Shown: in pieces, positions 27,721 to 34,849 of the stretch
Layout: each line of letters starts with the position of its first letter
How positions within the stretch are numbered: the stretch's first letter is position 1
Source of the DNA: a virus
Lineage: Duplodnaviria; Caudoviricetes
Length of the DNA: 34,849 nt
Reading direction: 5' to 3' (one strand)
Virus record (IMG/VR): IMGVR_UViG_3300016484_000437
Location: 1 to 34,849 of that record
The notes under the pieces: model-generated
What the model saw: the letters and a program-made list of their open reading frames with translations, nothing else
Database searches by the model: none
Told to the model about the DNA's origin: nothing
Position numbers and translations under genes: made by a program

Positions 27721-28361
27721 TGGCTTCCGCGAGGACCAGGGCACAACAACTCAAGGCCGATCTTCGCGCGGCGGTACAAGCGGCAAGCCGTGAGGAACTC
27801 AAAAAGAAACTGACACCGTCGGCACTCAAGCGGATTGGCGACCGGGTCGTTGCAAGAATGCTCCAACAAATATCCAAAGGCATTTCGCCAGTTTCGGGTT
27901 TCGGACGATTCCCGGAATACAAGTCCCGGACGAATGCGCGTGGACTACGAGACCAAGCCAAGGCACTCAGCAAGGCGGCCAAGTCGGCCAAGGGTCAGGT
28001 CAAAAAACAAATCCGCGCTCGTCAAAAAACATTGAGAAGCCTTGCGTCACAAGCACAACGGCGGGGATACCCTGACTCACTTGGTCCCAAGGTTCTTGCG
28101 CAAACTGGAAAAAAGGCGAGGCCAGTGAACCTCAAATTGTATGGTGATTTCCTCGAGAATCTCGAGGCACGGGTTCGCGGCCGCATAGTGGAAATTGGTT
28201 TTTTCAAGGACTCGGAGGCCATCAAGGAACTTGGTCATCGCGAGGGTGCAAACGGGCAAGCCGTTCGTCCAACGATCCCCATTGAGAATGAGAAATTCAA
28301 CGCCGCAATCGACGCCGAGATTCTCAAGGCCGTTGACGAGGTCCTGAATCGTCGTCTCTAA
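27720..28361 (+). CDS. Virion morphogenesis-like protein (paralog 2)
   Basis: SPV, NLKLYGDFL, GHREG...RPTIP motifs parallel those of 27020..27490. Confidence 0.55.
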   Translation: MASARTRAQQLKADLRAAVQAASREELKKKLTPSALKRIGDRVVARMLQQISKGISPVSGFGRFPEYKSRTNARGLRDQAKALSKAAKSAKGQVKKQIRARQKTLRSLASQAQRRGYPDSLGPKVLAQTGKKARPVNLKLYGDFLENLEARVRGRIVEIGFFKDSEAIKELGHREGANGQAVRPTIPIENEKFNAAIDAEILKAVDEVLNRRL

Positions 28362-28396
28362 TCTTTACAAAACCGATTCAATGGAGGACCATTCAC

Positions 28397-29074
28397 ATGG
28401 GCGACAAGAACAACAACGCCACGGCTTCTGACGATCAAACTCAGACGACCGACGAAACGAACACCCAAACGACCGACACGACGACGGACAACACTGACCA
28501 ATCGCAAACGTTGAGCGATCAAACAAACATTGAGTTGCTCAAACTCAAGCGCGAATTGGCAGACGCTCAAAAGAAATTGCGCGATGCTGAATCGGACAAG
28601 TTGAAGGCGTCAGGCGATTTCAAAAAGTTGTGGGAACAAGAACGGCAACAACGCGAGGAACTTGAGAACAAACTCAAGAAAAACACTCAAGCCTTCGTTG
28701 ACGCTCAGAAACGGTCGGTTGTGAAGGATGCCATGCTCAAGGCTGGCTTGCGTGCCGACGCAATGAAACTCGTCGAGACCGCGCAAATTGATGAACTGGC
28801 CGTCGATGTCGATGACGGTTCGTTCAAAGTCCTCGGGGTTGAAACATTCGTTTCGAGGTACAAGTCGGAATTCCCATTCATGTTTGCAAAGGAACCTGGA
28901 ACCGTGAACACCGGGGGAACTGGAAACAAGAACGGGTCGACCAGCGGAACGGGACGTGTGACAAACGCGGACGTTTTTGCCGCTGAAAAGAAATTCGGAA
29001 ACGGGTCGCAGGAACACAAGGCCGTGCTGGCAAAGTTCCTTGACCAGAAACGAAACCAGCAAAAAACCCAGTAG
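28397..29074 (+). CDS. Capsid scaffolding protein
   Basis: Thr/Asp-rich N-terminus, coiled coil, PFMF then Gly-rich segment; directly before capsid. Confidence 0.75.
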   Translation: MGDKNNNATASDDQTQTTDETNTQTTDTTTDNTDQSQTLSDQTNIELLKLKRELADAQKKLRDAESDKLKASGDFKKLWEQERQQREELENKLKKNTQAFVDAQKRSVVKDAMLKAGLRADAMKLVETAQIDELAVDVDDGSFKVLGVETFVSRYKSEFPFMFAKEPGTVNTGGTGNKNGSTSGTGRVTNADVFAAEKKFGNGSQEHKAVLAKFLDQKRNQQKTQ

Positions 29075-29082
29075 GAGGGTCA

Positions 29083-29916
29083 ATGGACGAAATGTTCAAA
29101 TCGGATGCAGAAGCAGCGGCGGCGATTCCAGAATTGTGGGCGGCGGCGTTCTATCCAACGTTGCTCGAAAAACTCCCATTCGCGGGATCGGTAGCAACCA
29201 ACTATCAAGGTGTCATCAGCAACCTTGGCGACACGGTCAACATCACGTCATGGCCGCAGTTCGACGAGGCTGAGGAAATCCTTGAGAACCAAGCGGTCGC
29301 GGCTGACGCTGTCACTGCGCAAAACATTCAGTTGCTCATCAACAAGCAACTTGCGAAGGATTTCATCATCACTCGCAAAACTGAATTGCAATCACTTGAA
29401 ATCATGGGCGCGTTGCGAGACCTCGCATTGCACTCAATTCTCAAGAAGATGCAAAAAATCATCATCGCGGCAATTGTCCCTTCGACATCGCCCGATCACA
29501 CGATTGGATATTCGTCCGGCACGACGCTCCAACTCGTCGACATTCTCGCGGCAAAAGAATTGCTCGACAATGCTGACGTTGAAGAAGCTGGCCGCACAAT
29601 GATCCTTGGCGCCGCTCAGTACAACGACCTGTTCAACATCGCGGGCATCGTATCAACTGACTTCGGTCAGTCTGGTTCGCTTGTCAGCGGTCAAGTGAAC
29701 GGTCTTGTTCTCGGCATGCAAGTGAAATGGACAAGCGAGGTTGGCAACACGGCCTACTTCTCTCATCCATTGTTCATTGAAATGGCGGTTCAACAGGCGC
29801 CAACTCCAAGCGTTCATGACCTTGGCGTCAGCGGCGTTCGTGGAACTCGCGTCAACATGGAAGTGTTGTTCGGCTTGAAACAAGCCAGCGACCTCCGCGT
29901 TGTCACCGTTTCCTAA
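29083..29916 (+). CDS. Major capsid protein
   Basis: IPELWA, GDTVNI, ADVEEAGR, VLFG motifs; GGAGG RBS; follows scaffold. Confidence 0.85.
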   Translation: MDEMFKSDAEAAAAIPELWAAAFYPTLLEKLPFAGSVATNYQGVISNLGDTVNITSWPQFDEAEEILENQAVAADAVTAQNIQLLINKQLAKDFIITRKTELQSLEIMGALRDLALHSILKKMQKIIIAAIVPSTSPDHTIGYSSGTTLQLVDILAAKELLDNADVEEAGRTMILGAAQYNDLFNIAGIVSTDFGQSGSLVSGQVNGLVLGMQVKWTSEVGNTAYFSHPLFIEMAVQQAPTPSVHDLGVSGVRGTRVNMEVLFGLKQASDLRVVTVS

Positions 29917-29944
29917 CGGACGGCACAAGTATTCGGCAAACGAT

Positions 29945-29970
29945 ACCCTGCCCGGAATCGGGCGGGGTTT
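29945..29970 (+). terminator. Hairpin after capsid gene (weak intrinsic terminator or stabiliser)
   Basis: ACCCTGCCCG-GAAT-CGGGCGGGGT with short T run. Confidence 0.5.
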
Positions 29971-30009
29971 CCCAAGAAACGAAAACCAAATTCAAAACCA
30001 GGAGACACA

Positions 30010-30561
30010 ATGGAATTCTTGAAAACAATGATGATTGGCTTCGGGCTGATTGTCGCGATGACATTCGGCCAAGGCGCAGAAGCGCAAGTGATGAAACAAA
30101 CGTTTCAGAAACAAGTGCACTTTGCGGTGAGCGGTTGCGCGGCTGGAAATGGCGGCGACTCGTATGCGGCGCCCAAGTGTTTCGGTGACGTTGACGTGTG
30201 GGCAATCCCCGCCGGAACGGTCATCGAGCGCGTCTATGCAATCATTGATACCGGCATCACCGGAACAACTGATTTCGACATTGGCGACGATGATTCGGCA
30301 AACGGTTTCCTTGATGGTTCGTTGTCACTCACAATTGGAACGGCTGGCATGTACGGCTGGAACGCGAAGGTTGCTGGATCGTACTTGCGAGTTCAAACCG
30401 CTGGCGCGACTGACGCACTGGACATCTATGTTGTTCCGAATGCGAAATACTATTCGGCATCTGGCAAGGAAGTGAAAATGGATGCGACGGGCGCGGCCAC
30501 TGGCTCGAGCCAAGCGCGAATCGTCATCGAGGGATATTTCGTCGGACCGAAACAACCCTGA
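30010..30561 (+). CDS. Capsid decoration/spike-like protein with N-terminal signal peptide
   Basis: Position after capsid; IPAGTVIERV...FDIGD beta-sandwich pattern; N-terminus MEFLKTMMIGFGLIVAMTFGQGAEA-Q. Confidence 0.55.
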   Translation: MEFLKTMMIGFGLIVAMTFGQGAEAQVMKQTFQKQVHFAVSGCAAGNGGDSYAAPKCFGDVDVWAIPAGTVIERVYAIIDTGITGTTDFDIGDDDSANGFLDGSLSLTIGTAGMYGWNAKVAGSYLRVQTAGATDALDIYVVPNAKYYSASGKEVKMDATGAATGSSQARIVIEGYFVGPKQP

Positions 30562-30577
30562 TTGATTTCGTGACCGT

Positions 30578-30615
30578 ATGGCGACGGGTTTTCCATCCCT
30601 GCCCGTCGCCATTTT
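30578..30615 (+). terminator. Putative intrinsic terminator
   Basis: 11-bp perfect stem ATGGCGACGGG/CCCGTCGCCAT followed by TTT. Confidence 0.55.
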
Positions 30616-30638
30616 CAAACACAAATGGAGGCCCTGAA

Positions 30639-30776
30639 ATGATTGTGAAACCAGACCAAGCCGCAAGCGTGCTCAAGCTAATTTTGTCAAATGGTTCGCC
30701 TACTGACCATGTGACCAAGCCCGGCGATTCGGTTTCCGGCATTTCAAGTTCGCCATCTGCAAAAACTTGGAGTTGA
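30639..30776 (+). CDS. Small hypothetical protein (45 aa)
   Basis: GGAGG RBS before ATG 30639. Confidence 0.5.
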   Translation: MIVKPDQAASVLKLILSNGSPTDHVTKPGDSVSGISSSPSAKTWS

Positions 30777-30779
30777 TGA

Positions 30780-31616
30780 ATGCTCACCGGGCAACGGGTC
30801 ATATTCAGCGACAACGGAACGTTGGTTGACTATTCCCGGCAGCTCGGGGACTTGTTCAATCAAAACGTCAGCCTGACGGTCGTGGCCGCTGATGACAAAA
30901 TGTTTGTCGGCGGCGACCAGCCATTCAATCACCGGTACGTCAAAGTTCACACGCCGAACGCGAATGCGTCGGTTTTGTCCGTTGATATTTGGAACGGATC
31001 CGCATGGGTCCCCGCCGTAGACGTCCTTGATGGGACATCATCGGGCGGCAAAACATTCGCACAAACCGGAATCATCCAATGGACAACCGATCGCAACAAG
31101 GGTTGGAGTCGCGAGGCTGATTCAAACGACGTGACTGGTCTGACGGGAACGCGGATCTATGACATGTTTTGGGTTCGCTTGTCGGTATCGGCAGACACGT
31201 CGGCCAAGCAGCTTGCGTACATGGGTCACAACTTCTCGGACGACAACCTTCTTGGCGGATACTATCCAGACCTCGTGAGAGCCAAACTCATTGCGTCATG
31301 GGAAACTGGCAAGGCTGATTGGGTTGACCAACACATTTTGGCGGCCGAGGAATTGATTCGCGATTTGCGCAAGCGCCGGTATGTCATCAGCGGCAACCAA
31401 GTTTTTGATTGGGAATTGTTTTCAGTTCCGGCAATGCACAAGTGTGCAAACATCATCATGGCTGGACTCGGGCCTGACTACGTTGACCGTGCGATTGAGG
31501 CCCAAGAAGCATACCAGAATGAACTTGAAAACACGATGGCCGGTCTCGACCGTGATCGCGACGGGCGATTGTCGCTCGAGGAACGAAAACCAGCCGTCGG
31601 CTTGCGGAGGGTTTGA
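30780..31616 (+). CDS. Putative head-tail adaptor with N-terminal beta-rich domain
   Basis: Position between head and tail genes; helical C-terminal half. Confidence 0.5.
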   Translation: MLTGQRVIFSDNGTLVDYSRQLGDLFNQNVSLTVVAADDKMFVGGDQPFNHRYVKVHTPNANASVLSVDIWNGSAWVPAVDVLDGTSSGGKTFAQTGIIQWTTDRNKGWSREADSNDVTGLTGTRIYDMFWVRLSVSADTSAKQLAYMGHNFSDDNLLGGYYPDLVRAKLIASWETGKADWVDQHILAAEELIRDLRKRRYVISGNQVFDWELFSVPAMHKCANIIMAGLGPDYVDRAIEAQEAYQNELENTMAGLDRDRDGRLSLEERKPAVGLRRV

Positions 31617-32074
31617 TGTCGATTGTCTCGGACGCATACGATGAACTTGTGTCGAGATTGACGACGCTTTTCCCGACCGGCAATGGGTATCAACGTCTCT
31701 CGAATGCATACGACGTGGAACAAAACCCGATCACGATTTTGGACCAAGGTTGGGGACTTGCGGCGGGGCCGCTCGCGAACTCCAACCGGAACTTGTGCGG
31801 GGTTGTTTCAACCATCCGAACTTGGCAAGTTGTATTGACCAGGGCGCTTGATGCGACCGATTCTGACGACACGCTCCGAGACACGAACACGAAATTGATT
31901 CTCGAGGATGCCCGAAGTGTTGTGAACTCGTTTGAGCGAGAGGTCCGGCTTGATGATTTGAACCTCAATTGTCGGTTCATTTCCGACGGGGGAATTGAGA
32001 CAATCTCACCGGACGATGGTTCGATTCTTGTCATGAGGCTAACTTTTGAAGTTGAGGCGTTCGACGCCCCATAG
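31616..32074 (+). CDS. Putative tail terminator/completion protein
   Basis: ~152 aa directly before tail tube; ends in a beta strand (LTFEVE). Confidence 0.55.
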   Translation: MSIVSDAYDELVSRLTTLFPTGNGYQRLSNAYDVEQNPITILDQGWGLAAGPLANSNRNLCGVVSTIRTWQVVLTRALDATDSDDTLRDTNTKLILEDARSVVNSFEREVRLDDLNLNCRFISDGGIETISPDDGSILVMRLTFEVEAFDAP

Positions 32075-32082
32075 GAGGAAAA

Positions 32083-33588
32083 ATGTCGTTGGGTTCATCT
32101 CGGGCAAACGTGCTCGGTATCAAGAAGGAAGTCACCGAGGGAACGCTCGTTGACCCCGCCGCAACAACGGATTTCGTGGCGTTGCAACCAGACGTCACGC
32201 TGACCCCATCGTTTGAGGTCCTGCAGTCTGAGGAAATCAGAAACTCAATCGGGTCGGCAAAACCGATTCAAGGACTCGAGCAACCTGAAATGTCGTTCTC
32301 GCACTATCTCAAGGCGAGCGGGGTTGAGGGAACCGCGCCGGAATTCGGCGACTTGCTTGAGTCGGCATTTGGTTCCACGTCGGCAAACGGAACCGAGCGT
32401 CAGACAACAACCGCATCGACGGTTTCATTGTTGAAACTCGCAGCTGGCGGAACTGATTTCGCACGAGGAAAAGCGGTTCTCATCAAGGACGGGACGAACG
32501 GCTACAATATCCGAAACGTTTTGAGCGTCGCAACCAACGACCTGACGCTTGCGTTCAACGTTCCTGTTGCACCGGCATCTGGCGTTGCGGTTGGGAAATG
32601 CGTCAACTACGCGCCAACCAACTCAGGACATCCATCGTTTTCGGCGCACTTGTATCGCGGCAACGGTCATTCCTATGAGGCAATGGCTGGATGCCAAACG
32701 ACTCAGTTTGGGTTTTCCGCTCAGGCCGGTCAGTTGATCAATGCCAACTTCACGGCACAAGGGACGAAATACTTTTTCAACCCAATCCGCATTGCGGCGA
32801 CAGACCAGTTCCTCGATTTCCTTGATGACGCGACAACCCGCGCGGCAAGCATCACGGCCAAGGTCTATCGTGACCCGTATGAACTGGCACAAGCACTCGA
32901 AGACGCAATGAACTCGCTTGGATCGTCGAACACGTTCACCGTTGAATATTCGTCAACGACGGGCAAGTTCACAATCACAAGCGATGGAACAACTCTTTCG
33001 TTGTTGTGGAACACTGGCGCGAATACCGCGAACACAATCGGCGACAAGTTGGGCTTCTCGGTTGCGGCTGACGATACTGGCGCACTGACCTACACATCGG
33101 ACAACGAACAAGCCTATGCGGCACCATACACGCCAGCCTATGACTCGACCGACCCAATCGCCGCCAAATATCTCGAATTGCTGATTGGCGATGCAACCGA
33201 CACGACTTGTTTCTGTGCTCAGTCCGTTGAAGTATCAATGGAAATCACGAAATCAGACGTGTTGTGCATTTGCGCGGAATCGGGCGTTCAACAGAAATTG
33301 GCGACTGCGCGTCAAGTCACGATGACCGTGACGGCACTTCTCGACAAACATCAAGCCAAGTTTTTCGAGCGGTTCCGTTCCAACGCGACAATTGCGGCGG
33401 CGTTCAACTTCGGACCTCGATCGGGCGGCAACTGGGTTGCTGGGCAATGCGGCAACTTCTACATGCCATCGGCGGTTGTCTCGTCATACGAGTTGACGGA
33501 CCTCGACTCGGTCGTTGGACTCAGTTTGGAATTGACAGGTTTCGTTGATGCAAGTGGAAATGGTGAGGCATACCTCAACTTTCTATAG
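32083..33588 (+). CDS. Major tail tube protein with inserted domain
   Basis: AGGAGG RBS; KKEVTEGT N-terminal motif; precedes chaperone and tape measure. Confidence 0.78.
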   Translation: MSLGSSRANVLGIKKEVTEGTLVDPAATTDFVALQPDVTLTPSFEVLQSEEIRNSIGSAKPIQGLEQPEMSFSHYLKASGVEGTAPEFGDLLESAFGSTSANGTERQTTTASTVSLLKLAAGGTDFARGKAVLIKDGTNGYNIRNVLSVATNDLTLAFNVPVAPASGVAVGKCVNYAPTNSGHPSFSAHLYRGNGHSYEAMAGCQTTQFGFSAQAGQLINANFTAQGTKYFFNPIRIAATDQFLDFLDDATTRAASITAKVYRDPYELAQALEDAMNSLGSSNTFTVEYSSTTGKFTITSDGTTLSLLWNTGANTANTIGDKLGFSVAADDTGALTYTSDNEQAYAAPYTPAYDSTDPIAAKYLELLIGDATDTTCFCAQSVEVSMEITKSDVLCICAESGVQQKLATARQVTMTVTALLDKHQAKFFERFRSNATIAAAFNFGPRSGGNWVAGQCGNFYMPSAVVSSYELTDLDSVVGLSLELTGFVDASGNGEAYLNFL

Positions 33589-33606
33589 CATCAATCAGGG
33601 GGAACC

Positions 33607-33978
33607 ATGATCGAACTTAGTTTTGTTCCAAGCACATGCAAGGGCGAAAATCCGACAATGAAGGGCGAGATGAAAGTTCTCGCCCCGCCGTATCCGAAAC
33701 GTTTGCAATATCAGGCCAAGTTCGCCGGTATGGCAAAACAGGAAACGGATGCGCCGAAATCGGAGGCCAAGGCCCGCGAGGAACAAATGCTGATGATTGC
33801 CGAACTCGTTTCAGAATCTCAGCAATACATCAAGTCAGTCGACTTGGAACTTCTCGATGGATCCGTCAAGGCCAAGACCGTTGACGAGTTGTTTTGCATC
33901 AATGAGTTTGAAGGCGTTCTCATTGAAGTTGCAATGGCAATGGTTCAAGGTTTTTCGGGAAACTCGCAACGCCCCTGA
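33607..33978 (+). CDS. Tail assembly chaperone (lambda gpG-like)
   Basis: Between tube and tape measure; in-frame G GGA AAC slippery site near 3' end. Confidence 0.8.
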   Translation: MIELSFVPSTCKGENPTMKGEMKVLAPPYPKRLQYQAKFAGMAKQETDAPKSEAKAREEQMLMIAELVSESQQYIKSVDLELLDGSVKAKTVDELFCINEFEGVLIEVAMAMVQGFSGNSQRP

Positions 33979-34205
33979 GGCAACAAGTCCGGGGGGCGTG
34001 GAACAAAATCGCCTTCGACAACGGCACGGCTTGGCTGGTTGCCGAATACAATTGGAGGCGAAGACTTGCGAAACTTGGTTTCACCCAGTCGTTGAATGAA
34101 CTGGACTCGTACCGCGCAGAAGCGTTTTTGATTATTTCGGACGAGGTTGATAGTCTTGAGGCCAAGGCCCGCGAGGCCGATCGCAAGAAAACGAAACGGG
34201 GTTGA
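33957..34205 (+). CDS. -1 frameshift extension of tail chaperone (gpGT-like)
   Basis: -1 frame open for 82 codons from the slippery site to TGA 34203-34205, 2 nt before tape measure start. Confidence 0.8.
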   Translation, partial: GKLATPLRQQVRGAWNKIAFDNGTAWLVAEYNWRRRLAKLGFTQSLNELDSYRAEAFLIISDEVDSLEAKAREADRKKTKRG

Positions 34206-34207
34206 TT

Positions 34208-34849
34208 GTGGCGGTGACGGTTCCGGTCGAGATAGTCTTGAAAATCGAGGAGGCGGTCCGGCAAGCCGCCCAAACATCGGACCAAATTTCCAAACAATTG
34301 AGCAAGGTCGACAAAACCGCCGAACGAACATCAAAGGCCGTGACGGCCATTTCGTTCATTGAAATCACACGGGCGGCGATCGATTTCGGGCGGGCGGTGA
34401 CGCGCGTCCTGTCTGACGTGATTGATGAGGCCGTTCAGGCTGACGATGCGTTCAATTCGCTTGCAAACTCACTCAAGGCATCTGGCGATTTTTCCGAGCA
34501 AAACGTCAATGCGTTTCAACGTCTCGCCGAGCAACTGGCCGCGACATCTCGTTTCGATGACGATTTGATTTTGTCTCAGGTTCGACTCGGCAAGCAATTT
34601 GGACTGACAAACCGTGAAGTCGCAAGACTCATTGAGGCGTCGGTTGAGTATGCGTCATTCACTGGCGAAGACCTCACGACATCAGTTCGCCAGCTCGGGC
34701 AAACGTTTGACGGAACCGCTGGACGATTGGCCGAACAAATCCCGGCACTTCGCAACTTGAGCAAGGAATCATTGCGTGCGGGCGGGGCGATTGACGTTGT
34801 CTTGAGCAATTTTAGCGGGTCCAGGCTTCGGGACGTCGAGACATTTTCT
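34208..34849 (+). CDS. Tape measure protein, N-terminal part (214 codons, joins position 1)
   Basis: GTG at 34208, no stop to window end; junction reads ...ETFS|GALARTQNQFG. Confidence 0.88.
   Translation, partial: MAVTVPVEIVLKIEEAVRQAAQTSDQISKQLSKVDKTAERTSKAVTAISFIEITRAAIDFGRAVTRVLSDVIDEAVQADDAFNSLANSLKASGDFSEQNVNAFQRLAEQLAATSRFDDDLILSQVRLGKQFGLTNREVARLIEASVEYASFTGEDLTTSVRQLGQTFDGTAGRLAEQIPALRNLSKESLRAGGAIDVVLSNFSGSRLRDVETFS

Noticed and set aside
1-34849. Specific host assignment and alternative genetic code
   Set aside because: Only a Gram-negative host is inferable; genes are intact under the standard code, with TGA, TAA and TAG all used as stops

Overview
The window looks like a complete, circularly permuted ~34.85 kb tailed dsDNA phage genome. 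The tape-measure gene starts at 34208, runs off the right end and continues in frame at position 1. Gene order on the circle: packaging (terminases, portal), two morphogenesis-type paralogs, scaffold, major capsid, neck, tail tube, tail chaperone with a -1 frameshift, tape measure, tail tip/fibres, and a lysis cassette with lipoproteins and an amidase. A leftward early cluster includes a CsrA-like protein and a lipoprotein. Next come a ~900 bp highly structured non-coding region and a rightward DNA-metabolism cluster (DEDD exonuclease, Dam-like MTase, ERF, PD-(D/E)XK nuclease, permuted papain enzyme). No sheath is recognisable, suggesting a siphovirus, and lipoproteins/spanin-like genes suggest a Gram-negative host. 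I recognise no integrase, repressor, polymerase, primase, replicative helicase, tRNA or CRISPR array. Most notable: two virion-module proteins with Sec-type signal peptides and even cysteine counts, stand-alone CsrA-like and Fis-like regulators, and a putative large structured RNA in a genome lacking obvious replication genes. All calls come from reading motifs and synteny by eye; no searches were run.
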